Shown in pieces: positions 23,098 through 32,281 of a stretch of DNA of 64,000 bases. The stretch covers positions 5,696,001 through 5,760,000 of the forward strand of contig OZ245365.1 in the NCBI GenBank assembly GCA_965226495.1, in the 5' to 3' direction. Made by a program: the position numbers and the translations under genes. The stretch is from Candidatus Marinacidobacterales bacterium. GTDB lineage: Bacteria > Acidobacteriota > Vicinamibacteria > Marinacidobacterales > DATDRI01. Under the pieces are notes generated by a model. That model did no database searches. It was not told the DNA's origin and saw nothing but the letters and a program-made list of their open reading frames with translations. Positions within the stretch are counted from its first letter, which is position 1. Every line of letters starts with the position of its first letter.

Positions 23098-26000
23098 TTG
23101 TCCGACCTAAAGCCTAGCGAGGCCTTCGCCGGCCGACGTATCTTCCTTCTCGGAGGGACCGGTTTTCTCGGCAAGGTCGTCCTGAGCATGTTGCTCGATC
23201 GCTTTCCCCAGATCGGCCGGGTCTACTTGATGGTTCGTGCGGCCTCCGATGCGGAAAGCGAAAGCCGTTTCTGGGAGACCATCCTGCCCTCCCCGGCGTT
23301 CGATCCGCTGCGGGCACGATACGCCTCTGGGCTCGAGGCCTTTCTTCACAAGAAGCTTGTGATCGTCGGTGGCGACATTACCGATGAGAACCTTGGCTAC
23401 TCCGAAGAACAAGCGGCACGCATTGCTTCCGACATCGACGTTCTGTTGAATAGCTCGGGCCGGGTGACCTTCAATCCGCCTCTCGAAGCCGCTCTCAAGA
23501 CCAACGTCACCGGGACTCTCAATATCATTGCCTTCGCCAAGCGGATGAAGCGACCGGCGCTCGTCCATGTCAGCACCTGTTTCGTCGCCGGAAACCGGTC
23601 CGGCCAGATCTGGGAGAACGAGCCACTCGTCGGCTATTTCCCTAGGAAAGGAGAGCCCGAGGTCCCTCACTTCTCCGTCGAGCAGGAGATTAAGGACTGC
23701 GAGCGCCTCGCGGCCCGGGTAAGGGACGAGGCACAGGATAATTCGCTGGTCGATCGGTTCCAAGAGGCGGCCAAGAAGCGTTTCCTCGAAGAGGGTCGGG
23801 ATCCAGATGATGAAAAGGCGCTTCGCCTCGCGGTGGCGCGCGAGCGAAAGAACTGGATCCGCTCTCGCCTGACTGATCTCGGAATCGAAAAGGCGAACTG
23901 GTGGGGTTGGCCCAACATCTACACCTACACCAAGAGTTTGGGAGAGCAGCTCGTGGCGGCGGAGACCGATATCGTCCGCACAATCATCCGCCCGGCCATC
24001 GTCGAGAGCTCGTTGGAGTTCCCCTTCCCTGGGTGGAATGAGGGCTTCACTACCACCGCTCCGCTCATCCGGATGGCCTTGAAAGGCCAGAACCTCTTTC
24101 CAGTCGAAGAAAATCTCACGCTGGACATCATCCCGGTCGATCACACGGCGGCGGTGGTGCTGGCGGCGACTGCGCAGGCCTTGGTGGAAGAGCCGGCGCT
24201 GGTGCACCAAGTATGCTCGGGAGATACGAATCCGGCGCGCATGGGGCGACTCGTCGTCTTGCTCGGGCTTTATAAGAGAAAGCACTTCAAAGAAAAGGAG
24301 ACCGGTTCGCGTCTTCTCAACGAGATCGCTGCCCGCATGGAAGCGCAGGCGGTGAGCCCGGACCGTTTCGAGCGGATCTCGATGCCGATGTTGCATCGCG
24401 GTACGCGGAAGATTCAAGAACTTCTGGAGCAACTGCCACCCCAGCAGCTCGGTCCTTTCGGCGGCGTCGTCGAGCAGGCCCGGGACGCGGTGAAACGCTT
24501 CGAGAGCTTCACGAGTCAGGGTGAAGAGCAATACCAAACCTTCCGCCCCTTCATCGTCGACAACGACTACACGTTCCGAGCGGATAACACTCGTGCGATT
24601 TTCGAGAGAATGCCCGCCGAGGAACGAGAGCTTCTTCCCTGGGGTATCGCCTCGCTCAATTGGTATGACTATTGGCTGAAGGTTCATCTTCCCGGCCTCG
24701 AGAAGTGGGTGTTCCCACGGTTGGACGAAGCGGAAAAGGTGAAGCCGCGACGGATCTATACCTACGGCAGCCTGTCCGAGCTCTTCGATGCAGCGACCAA
24801 GAACCACGCTGGCCGCATTGCCATGCGCATCGAGAGGAAGGGGCGCGAAGAACGTTACACCTATGACGATCTGAGAGAGTGCGTACACCGCGCGGCCGCG
24901 TACTTCGTAGGCCAGGGCGTGAGAGAGGGCGAGCGCATCGGTTTGGTCGCCGAGAATTCCCCCGAGTGGGGCATGAGCTATTTCGGTATCTTGAAAGCCG
25001 GCGCAACCTGCATCCCGATCGAAAAGGAGGCGACCACAGAAGAGATCGTCAACCTGCTACGCCTCGGCGAAGCGACCGGGTTGGTTATTAGTGATGAGCT
25101 TAAGAAGAAGCATGTCGAGCTCGACCGTCAGCTCGCGGAGGTCGACGTCAAGTCTCCAGTATGGGCGTTCCAAGAGATCTTTGCTCTCGGTGACGAGGCC
25201 GTCGAGCGGGAAAGAATCGCCGCGCTTCCGGCGAGGGTCGGTCCCAAGGCGTTGGCCTCCATCATCTTCACGTCCGGCACCACCGGAAACCCCAAAGGGG
25301 TCATGTTGACGCACCGGAACTTCACGAGTCTGGTTGCCAAGCTCCTAACCGTCTACGACATCAACAACGAAGACGGGATGTTGAGCGTGCTGCCGCTTCA
25401 CCATTCGTTCGAGTTCGCGACCGGGTTTCTCCTTCCTCTCAGCCGTGGAGCACAGATCACGTATTTAACCGAGCTCACCGGTGACACCATGACCAGGACA
25501 CTCAAGAAGGGACACGTCACCTGCATCGTGGGTGTTCCGGCTCTTTGGGATCTCCTGAAGCGACGCGTGCTGAGCCGTCTCTCCGACCGCTCGACCAAGC
25601 TCGAGGACATCGCTACCGCGCTCATCGACGGAAACTACTTGTTGCGCGGCGAGACTCCTTTCAACCTGGGTCCACTCCTTTTCTCGCCGGTTCACCTTGG
25701 TTTCGGGGGAAGGATCCGCTACCTAATCAGCGGTGGCTCGGCACTCTCCGAATCGACACTCAAAACGTTTCGCGGTCTGGGATTCAATCTCAACGAAGGC
25801 TACGGCATGACCGAAGCGGCACCGGTGCTCACCGTCACCCCGCCTACAGGCCGTCCCATTCCTGGCAGCGTGGGGCAGCCTTTACCGGGAATCGACATCC
25901 GCATCGACACTCCGAACGCCCGGGGCGTGGGTGAAGTCCTCGCCCGCGGCCCCAACATCATGGTGGGTTATTACGGGAACGAGCGGGCGACCAAGGAAGT

Positions 26001-27513
26001 GCTGCGCGATGGATGGCTCCACACCGGGGACCTCGGTCGAATGGACCAAGAGGGTAATCTCCATATCGTCGGTCGCTTGAAGGAGATGATCGTCGACGGG
26101 AATGGCAAGAACGTGTACCCCGACGAGCTCGAAGAAGTCTACGCCGATCCGAAATGGATCAAAGAGCTCGCGGTAGTGGGTTTTCCTGACGGCGCGGCCG
26201 AGCGGGTGGCTTGCCTGGTGGTGCCTAATGTCGAGGACAACAAGTCGATGAGTGAAGGGGAGCTTCGCGCCGAAATAGAAAGGCATTTCCAGAGCGCGTC
26301 CAGCCGGCTGCCTCTTTACAAGAGAGTCAAGATCCTCCAGTTCACCGACAAAGAGCTGCCTCGCACCTCGACGCGAAAAATCAAGCGTCGAGAGGTCGTC
26401 GCGTTGATACAAGAGCTCAAACGAGAGACCGATGCCGAGACGGCGCTCGCCAGCGAAGCCCCCGGGCTCGATGCCAACTGGCTCCTCGATGTGGTGGCGA
26501 CCATTTGCGAGAAACCGCGCGCCGAAGTACATCTCGATAGCCGACTCGATGAGCTGGGGTTCGACAGCCTGATGTACAACGAGCTTGCGACGGCCCTAGA
26601 AAGTACCACCGGCGACGTGCCCTCGCCGGATGTCCTGGCGGGCTTGAACGACATTCGAGAGCTCGTGGACTATCTCAAACGGAAGCCGGTGAGCGCCGAC
26701 CGAAAGGTTGCTGCACGCGCGGTCGCGGAGAAGAAGGAGGAAAAGGAAATTGCTGTTCCTCCTCTGATCGCCAACCTCGGGCGTCAGGGCCTGACCGCGG
26801 CCCAGGGGTGGTTCTACCACGAAGTGTTGAACCCGGAATTTCACGGCCGAGGGCACATACCAAAGCACACGCATTTCATCGTCGCGGCGAATCACTCGTC
26901 CCATTTGGACATGGGACTCGTGAAAACGGCGCTCGGCGACGCAGGAAAAAATCTCGTCGCATTGGCCGCTGCCGATTACTTCTTCGATAACCGTCTGAAG
27001 CGAGCCTTCTTCGAGAACTTCACCAACCTCGCGCCCATGGAGCGAAAGGGATCCCTCCGGAAATCACTCGAGTGGGCACTCAATATCGTCGAACAAGGGT
27101 ACAACCTGCTTCTCTTCCCCGAGGGTACGCGCTCTCGAAGTGGCCGCATGCAACGTTTCCAGCGCGGCCTGGGTCACCTTGTCTTGCGCGCCAAGGTCGG
27201 GGTACTTCCGATGTATCTCAGTACCCACGAAGCCTTGCCGCCGGGAGGTTGGTATCTGAAATCACGCGAGGTGAGCGCCGTGATCGGACCGTACCTCCAG
27301 CCCGAATTGCTTCAGCGGGTTGGAGAGGGGCTTGCACGCTCGGACGCCGAGCGGGCGGTGACTCGATTGGTCGAGCGGGTGGTTGAAGATCTTCGCGATG
27401 GACGCGAGACGCGGATCGAGGAAGAGGCGCAGGCCATACGTCAGGAGTATCGCACCGAGCGGCCGGCTCGAGACGCCGTTCCCGTGACCAGCGGCCGCAG
27501 CAAAAAATCCTAG
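23098..27513 (+). CDS. elbD: Multidomain acyl-CoA reductase / AMP-ligase / ACP / acyltransferase, ElbD-like
   Basis: GGTGFLGK and YTYTK (reductase), FTSGTTGNPKG (adenylation), LGFDSL (carrier Ser), NHSSHLD and FPEGTRS (PlsC-type). Confidence 0.88.
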   Translation: MSDLKPSEAFAGRRIFLLGGTGFLGKVVLSMLLDRFPQIGRVYLMVRAASDAESESRFWETILPSPAFDPLRARYASGLEAFLHKKLVIVGGDITDENLGYSEEQAARIASDIDVLLNSSGRVTFNPPLEAALKTNVTGTLNIIAFAKRMKRPALVHVSTCFVAGNRSGQIWENEPLVGYFPRKGEPEVPHFSVEQEIKDCERLAARVRDEAQDNSLVDRFQEAAKKRFLEEGRDPDDEKALRLAVARERKNWIRSRLTDLGIEKANWWGWPNIYTYTKSLGEQLVAAETDIVRTIIRPAIVESSLEFPFPGWNEGFTTTAPLIRMALKGQNLFPVEENLTLDIIPVDHTAAVVLAATAQALVEEPALVHQVCSGDTNPARMGRLVVLLGLYKRKHFKEKETGSRLLNEIAARMEAQAVSPDRFERISMPMLHRGTRKIQELLEQLPPQQLGPFGGVVEQARDAVKRFESFTSQGEEQYQTFRPFIVDNDYTFRADNTRAIFERMPAEERELLPWGIASLNWYDYWLKVHLPGLEKWVFPRLDEAEKVKPRRIYTYGSLSELFDAATKNHAGRIAMRIERKGREERYTYDDLRECVHRAAAYFVGQGVREGERIGLVAENSPEWGMSYFGILKAGATCIPIEKEATTEEIVNLLRLGEATGLVISDELKKKHVELDRQLAEVDVKSPVWAFQEIFALGDEAVERERIAALPARVGPKALASIIFTSGTTGNPKGVMLTHRNFTSLVAKLLTVYDINNEDGMLSVLPLHHSFEFATGFLLPLSRGAQITYLTELTGDTMTRTLKKGHVTCIVGVPALWDLLKRRVLSRLSDRSTKLEDIATALIDGNYLLRGETPFNLGPLLFSPVHLGFGGRIRYLISGGSALSESTLKTFRGLGFNLNEGYGMTEAAPVLTVTPPTGRPIPGSVGQPLPGIDIRIDTPNARGVGEVLARGPNIMVGYYGNERATKEVLRDGWLHTGDLGRMDQEGNLHIVGRLKEMIVDGNGKNVYPDELEEVYADPKWIKELAVVGFPDGAAERVACLVVPNVEDNKSMSEGELRAEIERHFQSASSRLPLYKRVKILQFTDKELPRTSTRKIKRREVVALIQELKRETDAETALASEAPGLDANWLLDVVATICEKPRAEVHLDSRLDELGFDSLMYNELATALESTTGDVPSPDVLAGLNDIRELVDYLKRKPVSADRKVAARAVAEKKEEKEIAVPPLIANLGRQGLTAAQGWFYHEVLNPEFHGRGHIPKHTHFIVAANHSSHLDMGLVKTALGDAGKNLVALAAADYFFDNRLKRAFFENFTNLAPMERKGSLRKSLEWALNIVEQGYNLLLFPEGTRSRSGRMQRFQRGLGHLVLRAKVGVLPMYLSTHEALPPGGWYLKSREVSAVIGPYLQPELLQRVGEGLARSDAERAVTRLVERVVEDLRDGRETRIEEEAQAIRQEYRTERPARDAVPVTSGRSKKS

Positions 27514-27564
27514 TAGACGGTAACGATGAAATCGATACTCGACTCAATCGCCGCTATCGACGAG

Positions 27565-27620
27565 CCCCCTCACCCGTCCGCCTTCGGCGGACGACCTCTC
27601 CCCCGCGGTCGGGGGAGAGG
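27565..27620. repeat. REP-like palindromic repeat
   Basis: CCCCTCACCC-hairpin-CCTCTCCCCC...GGGGGAGAGG. Confidence 0.7.
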
Positions 27621-27672
27621 CAATAGAGGTGGTACCAACTTCGTTGGTACAGCCTGCTAGGCGCGAGTCACC

Positions 27673-28674
27673 ATGCCCAAAGTTCTCATCACCGGTGCAA
27701 CGGGCTTCCTAGGAAGTCATCTCGTTGAGCTTCTTATGGAACGCGGCGAGGATGAGCTTCGCGTTTTGAGCACCTCGCCACCCGAGAAACTCTCTAAGAA
27801 AGGCGTCGAGCTGGTCGAAGGCTCGATCACCTCACCCGAAGTGGTCGGTCGGGCAGTGAAGGGCATTCAACAAATCTACCACCTTGCCGGGAAGGTCTCC
27901 CGGAATCCCGACGATCAGCGCGAGATGTACGAAGTACATGTCGACGGAACGCGCTTTCTGTGTCGGGAAGCCGGCCGTGCAGGAGTCCAGCGCATCGTTC
28001 TGGCCTCGTCGAGCGGAACGATCGCGGTCACCGATGACGGCGAGAAGATCCCGGACGAAACCTGGCCGACGCCTCTCGACATCATCTCGCGCTGGCCTTA
28101 CTACTCCAGCAAGGTCTATCAGGAACAGGTGGCTCGACAGGAGACCGAAGGCGGTCCGGAGCTGGTGATTCTGAACCCCAGCCTCTTGCTCGGTCCAGGA
28201 GACGAGCGCCTGTCTTCGACCGATGACATCCTCAAGTTTCTAGCGCGCGAGATTCCCGCCATACCACCTGGCGGCCTCAATTTCGTGGACGTGCGGGACG
28301 TCGCGCCCGCCTTTGTCGAAGCCATGAAGCGCGGCGTTTCCGGCGAGCGTTACTTGCTGGGCGGACCCAATTGGGAGTTCGCGAAACTCTTCGGTAGATT
28401 AGAACGCCTCACGAAAATAGCCGCGCCTCGGCTTCGTCTCCCGGCGCCGGTGATCGAATGGACCAGTCAAGCGATCGACGCCCTGTATCGACATTGGGGA
28501 AAAGCCCCTCCCGTCGATCGTGTCAGCGTCGAGATGAGCTGCTACTTCTGGTACCTCGATTCATCGAAGGCGGAGCACGCCCTAGGATTTAGTTCGCGGG
28601 ATCCGGGGGACACGCTATACGAAACCGTCGCGTATCTCAAAGAGCGTTTTCTCGGCGCCGGTGCATTCCGATAA
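27673..28674 (+). CDS. elbE: NAD-dependent epimerase/dehydratase, ElbE-like
   Basis: TGATGFLG, YYSSK, FVDVRDVA; follows the ElbD-like gene. Confidence 0.8.
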   Translation: MPKVLITGATGFLGSHLVELLMERGEDELRVLSTSPPEKLSKKGVELVEGSITSPEVVGRAVKGIQQIYHLAGKVSRNPDDQREMYEVHVDGTRFLCREAGRAGVQRIVLASSSGTIAVTDDGEKIPDETWPTPLDIISRWPYYSSKVYQEQVARQETEGGPELVILNPSLLLGPGDERLSSTDDILKFLAREIPAIPPGGLNFVDVRDVAPAFVEAMKRGVSGERYLLGGPNWEFAKLFGRLERLTKIAAPRLRLPAPVIEWTSQAIDALYRHWGKAPPVDRVSVEMSCYFWYLDSSKAEHALGFSSRDPGDTLYETVAYLKERFLGAGAFR

Positions 28675-28868
28675 CCCCGGAGGCCTCCTTCAGGCAAACC
28701 CGGTGAAGCTCGAGTACTTCAGATTTTCCTTTATTCTTGGATTCAACTTCGCCCTCAACTGACCGAAGCGGAGGAGGTGTATTGCGGAGAGCACTTGAGT
28801 CAGGTTATTTTGTCGCAGCGCTTTGGTATCCGAAGGACAAACGCAAAGAAAGAGCATAGGAGGCAAGC

Positions 28869-30098
28869 ATGTTAGCGAAATTCAAACCCGGCTGGATTGC
28901 AGCGTTGGCCATAGGCGTGGCGATTGGAGCCGTCATCACCAGCAATCTGGGGCTGGACCAGCGGGCCCAGGCCCAGACCCAGGACAATTTGCCGAAGGGG
29001 CGCGAGGCTGCGGCGATAGACGATGGCCAGTACCCAGCCACCTATTTCCCGAATACCGAGGTCCTCGGCTCCGGCGAAATGAGGATCACCGCCCTCGGTA
29101 CCGGCATGCCGAATCAGACCAAGAAGGCTGTGTCGATCTCGTATCTGGTGGAGTTGGGCAATGGGGAAAAGTTCTTGTTCGATCTTGGAAGTGGCTCGAT
29201 GGGGAACCTGTTCTCCCTGCGCCCCGACTTTTCGAAGCTCGACAAGGTATTCGCCAGCCACCTGCACGTGGACCACGTGGGCGACTTCATGGGGCATCAT
29301 ATCGGTAGCTGGCTTTCAGGGCGCTATACACCACTCCACCTCTACGGACCGACCGGGTCCACCCCCGAGCTGGGCACCAAGGCCTTTGCCGCCGCCATGC
29401 AGACGGGCTACGCCTGGGACATCGCCACCCGTACCGGCGCACTTCCGGATGCGGGTGGGCACATCGAGGTGCACGAGTTCGACTACAAGCAAGAAAATCA
29501 GATTGTCTACCAGCAGAACGGCGTGACGATTCGATCTTGGCCGGCCATTCACAGCCTGGACGGCCCGGTGAGCTATGGTCTCGAGTGGAGCGGGCTCAAG
29601 TATGTGTTCGGCGGTGATACCTATCCCAACAAGTGGTACCTCGAATATGCCACCGGTGCGGACGTCGCCTCGCACGAGGCGTTCCTTCCGCCAAAGGCCC
29701 TGGCAGAGTATTTTGGCTGGGACTTGGCCCAGGCGACGTATGTGTCGACGAGAATCCACACCGAACCACAAGCCTTTGGGAAAGTGATGTCGGCACTCAA
29801 ACCGCGAATGGCCGTTGGCTACCATTCGGTGCAATCGCCAGAGAACAACGCCGCGATCACGGATGGCATCCGCAAGACCTATGACGGGCCGCTGACCATA
29901 GCGCGAGACCTGATGGTCATCAACGTCACCAAGGAAACGATCAAGGTGCGCATGGCCGTAGTGGATGAGTACGCTCTACCGCCCGATGTCACTAAGGCGT
30001 ACATAGATGCACCTCGCACAGACCAAAAAGATCCTTCCGCGGCAATCTTGAGTGGCAAGTGGAAAGGCTACACCCCGCCGCCCATGCCAAAGAGGTAA
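28869..30098 (+). CDS. Exported metallo-beta-lactamase-fold hydrolase (RNase Z/arylsulfatase-like)
   Basis: Signal peptide, LGTGMP, SHLHVDHVGD, FGGDT, IHTEP. Confidence 0.8.
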   Translation: MLAKFKPGWIAALAIGVAIGAVITSNLGLDQRAQAQTQDNLPKGREAAAIDDGQYPATYFPNTEVLGSGEMRITALGTGMPNQTKKAVSISYLVELGNGEKFLFDLGSGSMGNLFSLRPDFSKLDKVFASHLHVDHVGDFMGHHIGSWLSGRYTPLHLYGPTGSTPELGTKAFAAAMQTGYAWDIATRTGALPDAGGHIEVHEFDYKQENQIVYQQNGVTIRSWPAIHSLDGPVSYGLEWSGLKYVFGGDTYPNKWYLEYATGADVASHEAFLPPKALAEYFGWDLAQATYVSTRIHTEPQAFGKVMSALKPRMAVGYHSVQSPENNAAITDGIRKTYDGPLTIARDLMVINVTKETIKVRMAVVDEYALPPDVTKAYIDAPRTDQKDPSAAILSGKWKGYTPPPMPKR

Positions 30099-30271
30099 GT
30101 AGCGGCAAACTCAGCGACGCGGGTTGGGTTTTACCCCACCGCCGCAATGGTGGAAGGAGCGCGTACCTATCGCAGCGATGAGTCCTCGTGGTTCAATGCC
30201 TGGTGCAGCATTGGCCGAAGGACATCTACCGATCCAGGGGGATAGCTTCACTCAGCAATGCACGCCTTGTT

Positions 30272-31228
30272 CTAGACTGGTACGCGAACATTGAGGGCAG
30301 CCGGGCACACCTCGAATTTCGCCGGCAGTGTGCCCGGAGTCTCCCCGTCCACTTCCACGCCAACCTTCGCTTGCTCATCCACCGGCCAAGCTTTGATCGA
30401 TTTTACCTGCACGTGATCCACCTCCGGAAGTGAGACATGAGTCCCGGTGTAGATGCGTGGACCGTCGGCGAGGATCCGGGCGAAAGACACCTTTCGAATC
30501 ACGACAAGGTCGAGAAGCCCGTCGACTAGCCTCGCCTCGGGCGCGATTTTCATGCCCCCGCCGAAGAATCTTCCGTTGTTGACCGAGACCTGGGTAATGG
30601 GAAGTCGGCGCTTCTCCTGCTCATCGGTTTCGAGCCAGACCTCAGGTGCTTCGAACGCGAAGGCCGCTTTGACGGTGTGGGTCGCGTAGGCCAGCTTTCC
30701 TCCCAAGGCAGAGCCGATCCCGCTCGAACGGTTCGCCCGATTCATTCTTGCCGCGACTTCTCCGCTCAAGCCAAAGGAGGACGAGTTGACGAAGTAGCGG
30801 GAAGTGGTCTTCCCTTCAGCATCGGTGTACTCCACCTTGCCGACGTCTATTCGCCGTGGTTCTCCGGTGCGGAGGGCTCGCGCCGCGTCGGCCAATCGCT
30901 TCGGCGTGCCGAGCGTTCTCAGGAAGTCGGCACCTGTACCCTGGGGAAGTACGCCGAGCTCCGCGGCGGCACCCGAACGTAAGATACCCCTGGCCACCTC
31001 GCTGATGGTGCCGTCGCCCCCGAACGTGATCAGCAAAGTGCGTCCCGCTCGCGATTGCTCCTCCGCGATGCGGGTCGCGTCGCCTTCACCTTTCGTAAAG
31101 GCACACTCGTAGGGACCGAAATGGGTCCGAATCGTGGCGGCGGCGCTCGCCCAGGAGCGTCCCGCCGCACCGCCCCCGGCAGCAGGATTAATAATGATTA
31201 GAGGGAGCCTATCGTTCAATTTGGGCAT
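30272..31228 (-). CDS. Diacylglycerol/lipid kinase family protein
   Basis: IINPAAGGG, GGDGTISEV, PQGTGADF, FFGGGM, EVDGE. Confidence 0.9.
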   Translation of the reverse strand: MPKLNDRLPLIIINPAAGGGAAGRSWASAAATIRTHFGPYECAFTKGEGDATRIAEEQSRAGRTLLITFGGDGTISEVARGILRSGAAAELGVLPQGTGADFLRTLGTPKRLADAARALRTGEPRRIDVGKVEYTDAEGKTTSRYFVNSSSFGLSGEVAARMNRANRSSGIGSALGGKLAYATHTVKAAFAFEAPEVWLETDEQEKRRLPITQVSVNNGRFFGGGMKIAPEARLVDGLLDLVVIRKVSFARILADGPRIYTGTHVSLPEVDHVQVKSIKAWPVDEQAKVGVEVDGETPGTLPAKFEVCPAALNVRVPV

Positions 31229-31363
31229 TTCGGGCACGGTGTCGCCGGATCTTAGCATGCGGCCAAACAGCAGGCTTTGCGCCTGCGCGCGCATCGCTCG
31301 GGGGCGATGAGCGCCAAAATGTGATACATTTTCTCCCCCCTAGCCAGCTAGGACGGATTCACC

Positions 31364-32149
31364 GTGGAAGCCAAAGTCACTCTCGATCAGCCACATCCGC
31401 CCCCGCCCGGGCTCATTCCCTTTCTCCGGGCGATCGCGGTTGCCCTTTCGAGGGTCGTGGCGGGCGTCTTTGGCTGGGCCAGGGACGCCATCGCCCGGGG
31501 CATCATCCGGGTCGGAATCCCGCCGAATGCGGTGACCTTGACAGGGCCGGTCGTGGTTTCTTTGGCCTTTATCCCGGTCTTCGAAGGAAACCAAAGGCTG
31601 GCCGGCCTGGTTTTGATTGCCGCCGGCGCCTTCGATCTGCTCGACGGCGCGGTGGCCCGCATCTCGAGGGGAAGTACAGTCTTCGGAGGGTTCCTGGATT
31701 CTGTAGTGGATCGCTACACGGATTTCATTATGCTCTTTGCGATCCTGGTCTACACCAACCGACACGTTCACACCCATCGTTTGCTTTACTTCACGCTTTG
31801 GTCTCTGGCGGTCGTTGGAACGGCGACCACGCCTTACGTGCGTGCCCGGGCGGAGAACGTCATCGATGGTTGCAAGGTTGGTTTCATGGAACGGGCCGAG
31901 CGTACGGTCACCATCATTATTGGTGCGCTCGCCTTCAACCTGCACATTACGCTCTGGATTCTCGCGATCTTCACGAACCTCATCGCGATCCAGAGGATCT
32001 TCTATGCCCGGCTGCGCATGAACGACCGCGAGCCCAAGGGTCGCTTCTGGTTATGGATGTATCCGCGTTTGAACGCTCCGCACTTCGTGCTCTGCGCTGC
32101 CTTGATCCTAAGTTTGATTTTCGGGCATCATTTAATTCCTAGGCCATAA
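31364..32149 (+). CDS. CDP-alcohol phosphatidyltransferase family protein
   Basis: DLLDGAVAR...GGFLDSVVDRYTD signature. Confidence 0.9.
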   Translation: MEAKVTLDQPHPPPPGLIPFLRAIAVALSRVVAGVFGWARDAIARGIIRVGIPPNAVTLTGPVVVSLAFIPVFEGNQRLAGLVLIAAGAFDLLDGAVARISRGSTVFGGFLDSVVDRYTDFIMLFAILVYTNRHVHTHRLLYFTLWSLAVVGTATTPYVRARAENVIDGCKVGFMERAERTVTIIIGALAFNLHITLWILAIFTNLIAIQRIFYARLRMNDREPKGRFWLWMYPRLNAPHFVLCAALILSLIFGHHLIPRP

Positions 32150-32170
32150 CGAAGACTCTTCGTCCTTTAT

Positions 32171-32244
32171 TCCCTCTCCCTCTGGGAGAGGGTGGCGCCG
32201 ACAACCGGCTGCCCTTGACAACATTGTCGGACGCCGGGTGAGGG
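32171..32244. repeat. REP-like palindromic repeat (reverse orientation)
   Basis: CCCTCTCCC/GGGAGAGGG hairpin ending GGGTGAGGG. Confidence 0.7.
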
Positions 32245-32281
32245 TCAGTGCCTACTCCTACCCATACGCTATAGTAATTCT

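Noticed and set aside
23107-24888. Long antisense ORFs (here and opposite atpA, the amidohydrolase and the oxidoreductase)
   Set aside because: Shadow frames of GC-rich genes with clear sense-strand products.
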